Below, piece by piece: positions 33,548 to 47,214 of a DNA stretch of 63,680 bases; positions within the stretch are counted from its first letter, which is position 1; the number at the start of each line of letters is the position of its first letter. Under the pieces are notes generated by a model. That model made no database searches. It was given only the letters and a program-made list of their open reading frames with translations, and had not been told where the DNA came from. A program made the translations under genes and the position numbers. The DNA comes from Pseudovirgaria hyperparasitica (Eukaryota): NCBI GenBank assembly GCA_010093815.1, contig ML996577.1; one strand, 5' to 3'.

Positions 33548-36500
33548 GACTGAGATTGATGTTGATCTTGATCTTGACGTTTCAGGGAGGCAGTCTGAGA
33601 TTTTTGAGCGCGTTCAGCGATGCATTCTCGTATAGAGGCATGTTGGATATTGATAGAAAATATGTAATTATGACCAGTCTTGGTGTGGTTGACATGAGTT
33701 TCTTAACTTCTGCTTCATCTTATGGTGAATATACAGGGCATGCCTAATGCGGTTAGCATGGGACTGGATTGCCGCCTGATACGTCGACTGTCATGTCAAG
33801 AGTAGACTATCATGTCAAATCTAGGCTGCGGGTTGGTCAGTCTGTGACCTGTTGAATGATGGATGGGATGCAATGATCTATTACAGATGCATATATATAT
33901 CTCTATATGCTGAATGAATATCTTGTATTAGCACGCATACCGCTTAATATAGGTATTATGCATTTTAGCAATGTCATCAAGTATTGCATCGTTGTTAGTG
34001 GTACAGTAGTAGTAGTACATGTGACTTCACGTGTCTGACCATCGTGTTGATGCCAGACTAGCCCTAGACCTCGGTCGTTGGGAATCCATCGAATGGACCC
34101 GTAACAGTCCGACGCGCACCCCACATCGGATGATATTGGAGTTCGGGCATGATTAGGGTGTGATCTAGACCTGGACGAGCTTGGGTATTTTGGTTGAATG
34201 ACTGTTGTGATGGACAGAAAGAAGATTGAAGGGGGTTGCAGGTGCGGTACAGGTGCAGGTGCAATGAAACAGCAGGTAAGTAGTACAGCAGCAGAAGACA
34301 CAAGACGGCAGATCGATAGATTCATGCCGTTGAACGAGCGGAGGCGGTGCTCTCAGTCAGGAAATTGACCTTTATCTTTTGGGGTTTGACAGTCACACGA
34401 TGTAGGCGTGGGAGTGCATGGCATGGCATCGCGTCGCATGGCATGGCAGTGCATTGCAGTTGCAGGTGTGGCTGAAACTGTCGTGTGAGGAGATGTTGAG
34501 GAGGGGAGAGAGTTGGCGGGGCTCCGAGGCCGGACGTGGCTGGACAATGAAGATAGGTATGATTAGAGGATGAGCAACGGTTTCGACAAAAGATGACGGC
34601 GGCGGACTACTATCAATTAGCAGCATTGATTAGAGACAAGAATTCAAGCGACGTCGATAGCTGCCCGTCGACAAAACGACGCGACTCGAGTCAGCAAGCC
34701 GTATGGGCCCGAGAGAGATGACGAAGAATCCCACTTGTTCCGTCCGGTCTGTGGATGGATGATGGATGATACGAGGGTTTCAAGCAGCAGGAGTTTAGAA
34801 AAGAAGAAAGTATCAAATTCACCATGAACACGGAGGACAGGATCATGGGAGGTAATTAGTGAGTAAGTAATACGGCGATTGGCGAGCTCAGCGGTGGTGA
34901 GTGAGCAACGACATCCCGTCGTCATCCACGAGCTACATACAGGGCTGGATCTGCAGGCTTATTATTATCTTGCTGGATCTGACTTGACCCCACGAACAAC
35001 AAAGACCCTTGCAAGATAGCAGCACGTCGACAGAGTCAGAGAGACATGGGGAGAGGTGAAAATACGAGATTCGGCGTGCAGATACAGAGGATATCACTTG
35101 GCGCTGGCTGTAGTTCGGGCGTGGAATCGAGAGAGCAGTGCTTGGACATGGCAGTGGCTGTGATAAGAAGACGAGAGCCGGCCGGATGAAGAGTCAATAG
35201 GAGCGAGAATTGTGGATGATTTGACTGATGGATAGATAATAAGTCATAGGTCGGTTGTTGTAATGGTTGGGTCAAGTCAGGTAAGCAGATGGGACAATGA
35301 ATGACAATTCCGGCCAGTAATCGCTATCTCTGGCAAATAGAGGGCCGTCTCGGCGGTCTTGATTGCGTTGGTCGCTTAATTCGGGGGCGTTATCCGGCTG
35401 GCTGGCCGCGTACCTGACTGACCAGCTGTCCCTCAGCCTACTGCCTACTACCTACTAATTACTGCCTACCCACCCACACACACCTACTGTAGCTATCAAG
35501 CAGCCTGACTGACTGACCCGACAACAGCTGCCCCCCTTTCCTTTCCGGGTGCCCCTCCCGGCTGGCCCTGTTCCTCTCCGGCCAACCCAATCTGCTATTC
35601 AACAATTCGCCATTCGCATCAGCCATCAGCCATCAGCCATCTGCACGCACGTAAAGCTGTTACCAAAACACCGATAACGATTCATCTGCCTCTCTCCTCT
35701 ATCGCATCTCTCTGCCAAGCTGTCTATCTACGGCATATTCCTGTAATGGCAGACCCTCAACCTCAATCGCACGTTCCAAGTGTCAGCCCGTCTGCTTCCT
35801 TTCTTCATTCATCATCTTCGTCTGTATCACCCTGACATCCAATTGTGTAATTAATTGTTGTGTTCGAATGATTGTGTTCGATTCGAATGAAGGATATAAA
35901 AACGATGGGATCTGCATGGCCTCCTTCCCCCACGCCCGCCCACGCCCGTCACTCTGTCTGCCCTGATGACTCTCTCGTGCGTGCGGCTTGCCAATATGCT
36001 AATAATTGATGTGCCAATCTTTCTCCCCACCCCAATCGCTCGCGTCGGCCGTGGCGTTCGTCCAAGCTTTTCTTCCATGACCTCTTACCATTCATTCATC
36101 ACTTTCCACACCCCCCCCGCCCGGTCCGTCTGCACAGAAGTCGTTCCCTTTCGAGGTCATTGTGCATGCTGAACCGTGTGGGTTTTCTGCGGATTGTGGA
36201 CTGTGGACTGTGGACTGTGTGGATCGTGGATGATGGATGATGGATTGTGGCTTGTCCTTTATCATTGTCAACTTGTCCACACCACCCACCACTTTCTCGT
36301 CTAATACCCATATTCATTCATACCCGCTGCGATAAGCCCTGAAGCCTCCTCCATCCAGCCATCCAGCCCGTCCATCTATCCCATCATACTACATACTATC
36401 CATCACTCTGTCTCTGTACTGCTACTACTACTACTGCTAATGATACTGCTACTACTGCCGCCCCGTCCTGCCCTGAACCTGTCTGTCTGTTCTTCTATCT

Positions 36501-36796
36501 GTGCGGTCCTCGGGTGATGGCTTGTCCTCCTCTGCCCTAGAACATCAGTCCGTTCATTATCCCCGCCGATCCCCTATAATAACACCCGTCCCCAACTCCA
36601 GTCCCTACTTGTGCTCGTGCGTCTTTTTTTTATTAAATATCCTACTTCTGCTCACTTTGCCCTCTCGTCCCAGCTTACACCCCCTCGAGCTGACCTTCTC
36701 CTCCTTCCTCTCCCTTCCTCTGATTCCCTTGCGTCTCTGTCAATTCGCCTCGCAGCTTCACTGCTCCCGCGAGCCGTCTCACCCTCGTCGTCCATC

Positions 36797-38562
36797 ATGG
36801 CGTCTCCCGACGATCCCAATGGGGGTGATTCCAGTAAGTCGCCATAGTCCCTTGCATCTTGCATCTGCTGCACTGCCGGAGAATTGCGCAACTTAAACTA
36901 TTTTGATCACGTGGCCGCGCTGCTGCCACAATCAAAGAGAGTTGATGTCGATGATACAAAGTGTTCCGGGACCGTAAAACTGGATGCCTCAGGCCAATGC
37001 TAACCACCGTCTCGCAGATACCATCGATTTAAACACCCCCTTCCAATCCGGTGATCAGGCTTACATCATCGTGGCTTCGGCCATGGTCATGATCATGATA
37101 CCGGGTCTGGGTTTCCTCTACTCTGGTCTTGCACGCAGAAAGTCTGCCCTGAGCATGATTTGGGCCTGCATGGCCTCATGCTCCGTCATTACTGTGCAAT
37201 GGTATTTCTGGGGCTTTTCCCTTGCTTTTAGCAGATATGCAAATAATCCTTTCATTGGCGACGTCCAATCTTTGGGTCTCATGAAGACTCTCGGCCAGCC
37301 CAGCCAGGGTAGTCCATTGATCCCAGATCTCCTGTACGCTTTCTATCAGGTAAACTCTCCCCCTTGCCCTGCCATCTTGCCTCTCTCTAACGCATATCCA
37401 GATGCAATTCTGCGCTGTGACAGCTGCCATTACCATTGGTGCCGTAGCAGAGCGGGGTCGCCTCATCCCCGCGCTCGTCTTCATCTTCTGCTGGGCCACC
37501 GTCGTCTACTGTCCTATCGCATACTGGATCTGGAATGCGCAGGGGTGGGCATACAAATGGGGTGTCTTCGATTATGCTGGCGGCGGTCCTGTCGAGATTG
37601 GCTCAGGTCTCTCTGCCCTTGCCTACTCCATGGTGCTCGGAAGACGCCAAGAAAAGATGATGTTGAACTTCCGCCCGCACAACGTGTCCTTGATTACCCT
37701 TGGTACTATCCTGCTCTGGTTCGGATGGTTAGGCTTCAACGGTGGCTCTGCGTTCGGCGCCAATCTTCGTGCCACCATGGCGTGCTGGAACTCCAACATT
37801 ACTGCCATGTTCGCCGCCATCACCTGGACGCTTCTTGACTGGAGACTTGCACGCAAGTGGTCCATGGTCGGCTGGTGCTCTGGTACCATTTCGGGTCTGG
37901 TCGCTGCTACGCCCGCTTCTGGTTTCATCGACCCCTGGGCCTCGGTTGTTCTTGGCATAGTCACCGGTGTAGTCTGCAATTTTGGTACCAAAATCAAGTT
38001 CTGGGTCAAGATCGACGACTCCATGGATGTCTTTGCTGAGCACGGCATCGCCGGAATCCTCGGTCTGCTCGCCAACGGTGTGTTTGGTGCAAACCACATC
38101 ATCGGTCTGGATGGTGTCAACATGGGCGTGTACGTTGGCGGCTGGGTTGACGGCGAATGGATCCAGCTCGCAAAACAGATTGGCTATATCGCTGCTACCT
38201 GTGCCTACGCATTCGTCGTCAGTGCACTCCTGGCGTTTGCCATTGACAAGATTCCCGGTCTCAAGCTTCGTGCTTCTGAGGAGGCCGAACTTCTTGGCAT
38301 GGACGACGACCAGCTCGGCGAGTTTGCCTACGACTACGTCGAGGTCCGCCGTGACTACCTCGCCTGGACACCTGCCAAGAACGATCCCATCGACGGCGAG
38401 CACGCGATCCCTCAGGGCGACCGCCATGGAATCCAACAACACAGCGAGATGCTCGAAGGTCAGGCACCTAGTGAGAGCAACAGTGACAAGGACCACGCGC
38501 ACACCGGCATCGGTGGCGATCGCCACGGCATCGCTGCGGAAGAGAAGCTCCGCACCCAGTGA
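36797..38562 (+). CDS. Ammonium transporter, Amt/Mep family (MeaA-like)
   Basis: GLGFLYSGL, DYAGGGPVE, LWFGWLGFNGGS, DDSMDVFAEHG and LGMDDDQLGEFAYDY. Exons 36797-36833, 37018-37349, 37402-38562. Confidence 0.93.
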
Positions 38563-40219
38563 ATATAGGCTGGGCTGGTTTGACTTGTACAAAGAATGTG
38601 TTCTAGCGCAATTTTATTCGTTTGATCTACGCAGGGAAACGGAGGTGTTGAGAGAGAAATTTCTCGGAGCATGCACGGAGTTGGATACCAATTGATACAT
38701 ACATAACGCTTTCGCGGCACTGTCTTTTTCGGGGAGAAAATAAACAAATGCCAGTGCGGCATATTAGAAGAAGGAGCGACGATATACGCCTGGATGATGA
38801 TTATTAGACATCTATCATTTTATTTTTTGGGGGGCTTGGATTTGGCTATGTCGCGTTGTGCCCCCTTTGGTGGAGCCGCGCTGTACTACACTTATTTTTA
38901 ATGCAAATAGACCTGTCCATCTTGCTTGAGGTGACGTGAAGTGTACCGAGTACCGTTTGATATAGCCATGGTTTGCAACGTGCAATGAATGCATAACACA
39001 GCACGTAATTTGCGGGGTATAACCTTTTTGCCCATGACAATTATCCAACATTCGTAATATTGACGTCTCCACAAAACAGCGCCAGACAACAATATTCCCG
39101 GCCGTGTCAAACAAACTGCCCAAACTATTTTCGCACTGCAACTCTACAATCTACACAGCCGGCGTGTGTGATGCATGCCGAGCCAGTATCTTCTTAAAAG
39201 AAGCCTGTTGCAACAACACGTTGGATGCACACACCATGTATGTCTGCGCCATCGACCCGCAACTCGGTAAAATGCTTGGAAGAAAAAAAGGGCTTGGGAG
39301 ATAATAGATAGGGTAAGAAGGGAGAGAGACGGGTTGGACGAATGAGCGATTGCCGAGTTCTCGATGGGAGATATGGATGCCTTAATACCACACAAACGGT
39401 TCGTGTCACCAGCCAGCCGCTCGCGACAAGAGATCCATCTAGATCAAGTATCTGACGAGAGCGTAACCAGCCCTATTCCTATTGCCCACTCGAATTTCTA
39501 CTCTATATCCAATGTCCAATGTCCAATGTCCAACGTCCAACATTTACGACTGCAGCCCGGAGCTAGACAAGCCTGCAAGATCTCGCTGTGCTGGTCTGGT
39601 ATTGCTAACTTCCCTTCCTATGACCCTGACACGACATTCGACCATTTCATTCGATCAACGATCAATGATTATCAGAGATAAGGCCGCTGAACGCGCTAGA
39701 TGCGGCATCTATCCATGCCATGCGAGTGTTGGAGGCCAGGCAGGCAGACAGGCAGCTTTACACGCGGATGGATCCATTTGCTGCGGTTTTCGCGACTTGG
39801 CGCTTGTCTAGACCATTTCATCCCGCGTAGAGCGTTCTGTCTGGTATTTAGGGGGCGTTCTTCTTGGCTGGCTGGCTGGCTGGCTGGATAGATTGATAGA
39901 TGTGTGCCTACGAGAGCGCAAGGAGTTATGGATACAGACACGGCTTGTTGGATGGATGGATGAATGGTAATGGATACACTGATCTGCTAATTATGGATCG
40001 ATTCGCGGTTGGTGTGGCGGATGGATCCCTGTACCACCTCTAGATGAATAAAATCCATTGATGCTGTATGAACAGCGACTAAACCGGATTGGTTCAATGA
40101 GGAATCCATTGCTCCTGTCGTCCACGATCCCTTTCCAGACTCACCTGTTGTAGCTCCCTGGTCAACAGTTCGTCATTCCCACGTGCAAACGGAAAGTAGG
40201 TAGGGTTTGGCATCTTTGT

Positions 40220-40248
40220 ACTACTACTACTACTACTACTACTACTAC
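40220..40248 (+). repeat. (CTA)n microsatellite
   Basis: Visible ACTACTACT tract. Confidence 0.85.
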
Positions 40249-40979
40249 CACTAGCCGCTCGTTTGGTCCATTGAGTAATTACATACATACTCCCTTTGTC
40301 GTTCTTTGCGCTTTCAGGGGTGCTGTTATGTCTTGTTTGTCTGACTCGCAGAACGTGTAGACGCTTGAAGTCACAGGTAGATATATTACTTCTTGTGCAT
40401 GTCTACAGGGCTTCCTGGGAAGGGTATTGGATTGTATATCTTGGGTTGTTGTCGATACGTTGTGTGTATTGTTTTGTATTACTCATGATACTCCGTGTCG
40501 CGAAGTCGAGAACGTAGTGTCTTGGAGACGTTCAGCATAGTGACTGCGCTGTATAGATCATGGCGTCACATCGCATGGAGACATCCATCATGTCGACTGC
40601 ACTGTATAGATGATGGTGCAACATTGCCTGCACAAAGCTAGAGTAACAAGGCAATCTCTTTGTCCAAATACAATGTAAGTCGGACGGAACAATGGCTTCG
40701 AGAGACAAACTTCACACGCGACCGCCCATGTTGATATCGTATCTTCACCGGCACTGTTCCTTCATCCTTTTTATTTATTTCTAGCATTCGCTTTCTTGCT
40801 TTCGTTTGCGTCCATGGTTGCTTGGTCGGTTGTATACTTCTATCAGGCCTGCTCACTGCCTGCGCTGTCTGTCTTCTTTCTGTATATTATATGCACTATT
40901 GAGCATTCGTCACTCTCGTCGGTATTCATACGTTTTAAGAGAAACACACAGAGTCTGTATACTTCGTTCGCTTCGCACC

Positions 40980-42701
40980 ATGGGTCTCCGAAACCTCACT
41001 GCCATGGTCTTCAAGTCCTCCCTCCTTTCCATCCCCCCCTCGCCATGCTCTCCACGCTCTCCCCTATTCTCGAAATCAATATCCCAGCCTCGCACCGCGT
41101 CTCTACCGTACTCCAAACCCAGCACGACCACAGGCCGTCAGGACTCCCAGGTCGACGTCAAGCCCCCGGTCGAGCCCCTAGCATGGATCTGGAAATGCCA
41201 TATGTGCCAGCGCCAATACCCCCTCGGCGCAACACGTCGCTGTCCCATCGACGGCCACTACTTCTGCTCCGGCACCACGAAGCTCCACGCCTGGAGGACG
41301 CAGGGCAAGGCCAAGGGAAACGGAAAGGCGAAGAAGCACTACCACGAGGCATGTGCTCATGAGTTTGACTTCAATGGCTGGCTGGCATACGGCGACTGGC
41401 GGCGTGCGCAGAAGAAGAAGAAGACGACGGCCTCGCCGACCAACGCCAGAATCGACTCGCCGATGCATCAGTATTTTACAAACACCGTTGCGGCTGCTAC
41501 TAGTCCGGCTGCGAGGACTCGGGCTGGAGAGCCTCGCGATTGCTGGCATGCGTGCAATTATCCGAGTGAGTGTCGGCATGGTCCGCTGGCTATGGCCATC
41601 GATCGACCCCCTGAGCCAGTGCAATTTGCTGCGTCGGATCAGTATCAGTATGCTGGTGCCCAATGTCCGCCTGGCTTGCCAGGGGATAGCCAGGAGTTCG
41701 TTATCCAGGATCTCATGGAGACGATTGAGGATGTCGCCGTGGACTACGGGCTTGGCTCCTTGCAAGACCTTCTTGCTGCCTCGCAGGCAGATTTATATGA
41801 GCCTACTCCTCCTCCCCCACACGGCTTGCAGTCACCTAGATCGCCGCCCACCTCCCCGCCGTACGAGTACGCTGATGGCATGTACGACATGGACATCGAT
41901 ATGTGCGATCAACTAGATGCTACAGCCTCCACAATCGATCATCCAGACCCCATAGATCCCAATCTACAGCCTCCTGCTCCTCCTTCATCCTCTACCAGTT
42001 CCACGTTCAAGGCACCAGGCACATCAACATCATCTGCCCAACCAACACCCAGTACAATACATCCCCCCTCACCCACTACCTCTCCAGACCCCCCGAGCCC
42101 CGACACCGACAGCTTCATAAACGCATGCGTCGACTTCACCGGCGCAACCTCACCCTCACCCACCCTCGACGCACACGCACACACCCATCCCAACTCCCCT
42201 CCCCTACCCCCGCAGCACTCATCCGCTCTCCACCCCGCCGCCACTCCAACCATGCGCAGCCGCACTGAGAACCCCACGAATTCACCCTTGCCCGCCCTTC
42301 CGCCTAAACCTCCACATGCCAACGTCAACAACGCAACGCCGTGTTCGGCCCCGTACACTAACAGCATGCCTCCTCCTCCTTCTTCATTATGCTGGGAGTA
42401 TGAGCGCCATGCCGGAGACAGAAAGGGTGGAAGTCATGATGCTTGGGATGAGCAGACGAGGAGTGGTCGTAGTCGTGGCGCTGCAGACGGGGCAGGAGGA
42501 GGAGGAGGAGGAGGAGGAGGTGGAGGTAGTGGTGGTGGATTTGGGGACCTGTATTTCACGCTTGATAGTGAGTTTTTCAAGGGGGGTGCGAAGAGGGGGC
42601 GGAGAGGAAATGAGGTGGATGGGCGGAAAGTTAGGAGGGTGGGGTGGGGATTGGGATTGGGGATGGGGTTGGGGCGAGGGGATTGGGGTGTTGAGGTTTG
42701 A
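40980..42701 (+). CDS. Fungal hypothetical protein with Cys/His zinc-binding-like motifs and a long Pro/Ser-rich tail
   Basis: WKCHMCQRQYPLGATRRCPIDGHYFC, CAHEFDFNGW and DCWHACNYPSEC. First ATG of the long ORF is at 40980. Confidence 0.7.
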   Translation: MGLRNLTAMVFKSSLLSIPPSPCSPRSPLFSKSISQPRTASLPYSKPSTTTGRQDSQVDVKPPVEPLAWIWKCHMCQRQYPLGATRRCPIDGHYFCSGTTKLHAWRTQGKAKGNGKAKKHYHEACAHEFDFNGWLAYGDWRRAQKKKKTTASPTNARIDSPMHQYFTNTVAAATSPAARTRAGEPRDCWHACNYPSECRHGPLAMAIDRPPEPVQFAASDQYQYAGAQCPPGLPGDSQEFVIQDLMETIEDVAVDYGLGSLQDLLAASQADLYEPTPPPPHGLQSPRSPPTSPPYEYADGMYDMDIDMCDQLDATASTIDHPDPIDPNLQPPAPPSSSTSSTFKAPGTSTSSAQPTPSTIHPPSPTTSPDPPSPDTDSFINACVDFTGATSPSPTLDAHAHTHPNSPPLPPQHSSALHPAATPTMRSRTENPTNSPLPALPPKPPHANVNNATPCSAPYTNSMPPPPSSLCWEYERHAGDRKGGSHDAWDEQTRSGRSRGAADGAGGGGGGGGGGGSGGGFGDLYFTLDSEFFKGGAKRGRRGNEVDGRKVRRVGWGLGLGMGLGRGDWGVEV

Positions 42702-42781
42702 GGGGTGTTTTCTTTTCGTCTTGTGTGGTTTTGGGTTGGACTCGTTTTACTTTTGTGTTGTGTTGTGTTGTGGTGTGGTAT

Positions 42782-42835
42782 TGCGGTATTCTTGTGCGGT
42801 ATTCTTGTGCGGTATTCTTGTGCGGTATTCTTGTG
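42782..42835 (+). repeat. Tandem repeat, 4 x 13 bp (TGCGGTATTCTTG)
   Basis: Four perfect adjacent units. Confidence 0.9.
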
Positions 42836-43460
42836 TTCCCTCGTGCACATAGTGTGAGCCAGTTCCTCACCGTGCCTGTGTTGGCAGATTATATGCAAAT
42901 AGATTCCATTTCGCCAACCTCCTCTCTTCTACGCTCGCACACCCTCTCTCGCTAGTATGCCCATATGGTGTCTAGTTTCGTCCGTCGGGTACGTCGTCGT
43001 GCGAAGGTGGGTGTGCTGAATGACATATAAAGTAGCTGGAGTAAGCAGATGCTGTCGAAGCATGATCTGAGGCTTGATCGTCAAGGCCACGCACCGGGTT
43101 GTCACGAGTACCCCAGTATGAGCTTGACGACATGGAAGATAAGCATCGAGCACGTGGGACGAGGGGATAGCTGGTCACGGCTGCGGATGGAATCCGTGAA
43201 TACATCATCGTATACGTTCACCAGTAGGATAATGTAGACTGAGTCTGACTCACGGACAGCTAGAACGGTGAGACAACATCACTGGCCGGCCGTGACCACT
43301 TGATCGATCGCACACATACAGCTGATATGTATATGCTGTAATGCCAATATATTTTACTTTTCCCTGTCCGTACCCTGTGCTGTGCTGCGTTATATCAATT
43401 CTATAATACACTCGCCCCACCAATAAGAACTTTACAGATCGTGTTCCGTCACTAAATGGC

Positions 43461-44551
43461 TTAGAAAGGGGGTAGGAAGAACGGATATCCCCCATTCTTG
43501 ATCCGAAAGATACTGAGGAGAAAACTGTACATGGCGAACATCACGCCAGACCAGATGAAAACAGAGGCCTGTTGGAGCCTGGGATCGGTGATACGAGGAA
43601 CTTTGAGTGCAATGGAGATGGTAGCGAAGGACAAGATCCCATCTAAAGAAGGGTTAGTGGGTCATCTATACCCAGATCAATGCAATGACTTACAAATGGC
43701 AGCGACAATCTGGGTTTCGATGCCAAATTGGTTCTGAAAGCCTCCAGCAAAGTACGTTGCTCCACCTCGACCATTACCTGTGAAATATGGCACTTTGCGA
43801 ATGTGATTGAACATGTGTCCGCTGGTGAACAGCAGCACAGCGATAATGCTAACGGCAGCCCATAGGTTTCGGTTCTGTATCACAGGAGTGATGTAAGGAG
43901 CGGCGACATAAATTGCGCTGATTCCACCTAACACTGCGACGGTCGTCGACACGATCTTCACCCAATTGACCGGTCGATTGACTGGCGGATGCGGTCCGTC
44001 TGGAAGGTGTCGGGCAATGAAGCTTTGCAGAAATTCAGCGGTCACTAGCCCTTGCGTGAAGTCATATCTCGTCGGTGAGTTCTCCACCTTCGCGTTTGGG
44101 CCGGTGGTGGGGTGGAATAGCAAGAGTACGGGAGCGGTTTGCAGCATTAACTATTCCGTAGTCAGCATGTATTCATCGCCATAGTCTCGCAGAGCCATCC
44201 TACCGACTGAAAGACCGGTTTTCCATTCAAGAAGTCCAAAGTACCGAAAAGAAGCCTGCTCTCTCCCTCTTTGTCGCCTTTATTCCAGCTCTTAGCAAGG
44301 AGATCCCATTCTGGCTGGAATTCTTGACAGAGTTGGCATCCGAACTGACTCGGCAATGCTGTCAAAAGAATAGCGACAGCATAGTCTCGGGGTGCAGCAG
44401 TCAGTTTGTTGTACAGCTTGTCATCAAGCTTCAGATTCGGTGTCGATAGGCTTTGGGCGCGAAGGCTGTCGTACGTGCTGTCACCAAACTTCTTGGCCGC
44501 TAGCGTGGCAATTGGCAGCAGTGAAGCTGTAAAAAGACTGAATATTCTCAT
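43461..44551 (-). CDS. OST3: Oligosaccharyltransferase OST3/OST6 subunit
   Basis: Signal peptide, CQLC thioredoxin-like motif, SGHMFNHIRKVP, QFGIETQIVA and C-terminal GYPFFLPPF. Two introns at about 44203-44151 and 43691-43643. Confidence 0.9.
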
Positions 44552-44846
44552 CTTAATCCCTTGCACCTAGGTAACGTGCTGTCTTCAGATGCGAAACTGC
44601 TATCGTCGTATCGAGTATCATCTTTTTGGTCTGGTGTCCTTTCCACGGGCTCCACCCCAGATCCCGAGCTTCAGCCACAACTAAGGTAAGACTGCGACCG
44701 GTAGCGCGTTCCGAGATACCAGGTATTACATACCTAGTGTTTACATTGGAGTGTCAAGCTGTCAACGCGTCGATGCGGAGAATATTCCTAATATATTTAT
44801 ATATTTGATCTACTTGTTGCACAACCCATACGGGCACATTCGACGA

Positions 44847-47100
44847 ATGGCACCCAACAAAGGCGAGCGGGAGAGCCCGCTTGAGGTTAACGAGGTTACT
44901 CATATCTGTATTTTCGTGTAAACAAACGATATACTGACATAAACACAGCTGCGACGGTCGCTGCAAACTACAAAATTCGAACTTGACTACGAGAGGTCTG
45001 CGCGTGTGGTCGAGATCGTCGCTAAAGACGAGGAGCTTCGCAAATTGCGCGTACACCTCCAGCTACTTGAAGATGAGAATGACGAGTTGCACGAGCAGCT
45101 TGGCGATGAGGAGGGAAGAGCTGAGGATCTGGAAGCAAAGATCGACGACACCCACGCACTTCTTGAAGAGGCTGAGCTGGCCAAAGTCAATCTCACGAAT
45201 GAGCTTCGTTTGAAAGAGCGTGAATTGAATAACATGCAAGTATGTGTATCGAGTGCTTATCTCAAGTCTGCCACTGATTGATTAGGCGGAGTTGAATGCC
45301 ATGCTGAATATCTCTGCCGACACAACAAAAGTCTTGACGGAGAAGCTGTCTCTAGCGAGGGAATTGGCTACCTTAAGACCGGAATTGGAACACCTCCGGT
45401 CAACTGCTGCATCCCACGCAACGCTTTTATCGGAGAAACTCTGCCTACAGCGCCAGTTGAGCACCGTCCAAGTCGAACTCGAAACAGAGAAGCGGACAGC
45501 ACAGCGCCTCATGTCCAAAGAGGGAAAGAGCTCTGAATCTAGTGCCCAACTCAGGACTGAAATCTCCAGTCTTCAAAAAGCCTTACAAACGGAAAGGTTG
45601 CAGCGAGAGAACGCTGAGTTGTCAGCGGCGCAGGCTCAGGCTGAACTTGACAAAGAAAAGGCTGCAGCAAAGGACGCCAAGAATAATAAGGACATTGACG
45701 CCACAAAGACTGCAGAACTTGAAGAAGAAGTCGCGGACTTGCGCAAAGAGCTCATCAAAGAGAGGCGTTCTCGAGAAAAGCTTGAGCAAGATGCCCAGGA
45801 GGCTGCGGCAGATTATGCGGCGGAAAAACAGCGTGCTGAAAAGCAAGCATCCAGGATTAAGCAGGGCAAGAAGAATGCCGAGGCAGAACAAAGTGCTGAA
45901 CTCGAGGGCTTGCGTGAAGAGATTGGCGCGCTCAAGAAGCAGGTCAAAGCAGCTGAGAAGTCAGCCAGGAACACTCAAGACGATATAGAGACTGAGAGGA
46001 GCAATATACAGAAAGTCACCAAGAAGGTCATCGAGAGATCTGACGAGCTTGACGAGCTCAGGAACCAATTGATCGAAGAGCAGAAGGAACGCAAGAAGGC
46101 AGAAAGGGACCACGATCGAGCCCGCAAAGACTGGGAAGCGAAGAAGGCACTCCTTGATGAGAAGCTGGATGCTTTCAGGTCTAAGCTACGATCAACCAAG
46201 GAAACTTTGAAGGAGACGGAAGCAGAGCTGCTGCAAGCACAGACGCGATCTGTTGCGAAAGCTGCAAGTTCCATTGTTACAACGGCGGCTACCAAAGGGA
46301 CGAAAGGTCCTCGCAAACGCAAAGCACAAGTGGACCCTAGCGATGCTACCACTCTAGGCACACCTGGAGATATGCCAACGAAGAGAGCCAGGCGTAGCTA
46401 CTCTGTGGCCCCTAGTGAGAAGTCGACGTTCTCGATTACCCCATTCCTTAGCAGGACGGCCAGTGTTCCGCCAGAAAGTACTACAGCTGGGGAGGAACTA
46501 GGTTATAACCCTGTCGAAACCGTAACAGAAGCTACCCCGACTGGCCCTCCGAAGCAAAGTAGAGGAGGCTCTGCAGAAACAAAGCCTCTGGCTGTAGCTA
46601 CTGCGAGCAAGGCCAATCCCAAGATGAAGCAGGCCCGAAAGCCCACCAAGGCTCTTTCGACACTGGAAATCGTCGCAGAGGAAGGCGATGGCGATGAAAA
46701 CATCGATCCGACGGTCGTACCAGAGAAGACGATGGAGACCATGCAGGCGCCGAAATTAAAATCTGGTTCCATGCCTTCCAAAGCTCCTCGGAAGTCACTC
46801 ATGTCGTTTGCAACATTTGACTCAGAGGCCCCCGAGAAGAAGAAAAAGCGCAAACTTGGGGGTCTTGGACTGCAGAAAACACTCTTCGATGATGACGAGG
46901 GTGCACCGCCTGTCAAGCCAATTCCTGGAAAAGGCTTCATCGCAAACAGAGCCGTTGGAAGAAGCATATTTGGGGCGAAGGGGCCTGGACCTGCGATTTC
47001 TGGTGGACTCAGGCACATGACTGAAGAAGGATTCATGTTCAGTCCATTAAAGAAAGAACGAAAAGCCATGAAGGAAGCTAGCATGTTAATTGGAAAATGA
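44847..47100 (+). CDS. Coiled-coil protein of unknown function
   Basis: Long heptad-rich E/K/L/A region plus SEKSTFSITPFL and FSPLKKERK motifs. Introns at about 44886-44948 and 45240-45285. Start is tentative. Confidence 0.75.
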
Positions 47101-47214
47101 GCCAATATACCTCGCAGCGCTGACTGCTTGGATTGTGCCGATGGATCCGGAGTATATTGTGGCATTTCATATGCGGTAAAGCGTTTCCATACATAGCGAT
47201 CTGGTCGTCTGGTC

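Noticed and set aside
33900..36500. Many short ORFs, and possible tRNA or other RNA genes, in the intergenic region
   Set aside because: Low-complexity translations; no cloverleaf or known RNA motif recognised by eye. A covariance-model scan was not possible.
37729..38592. 287-aa antisense ORF over the ammonium transporter
   Set aside because: Codon-bias shadow ORF.
42782..42835. 13-bp repeat as a CRISPR-like array
   Set aside because: No spacers and a eukaryotic context; it is a simple minisatellite.
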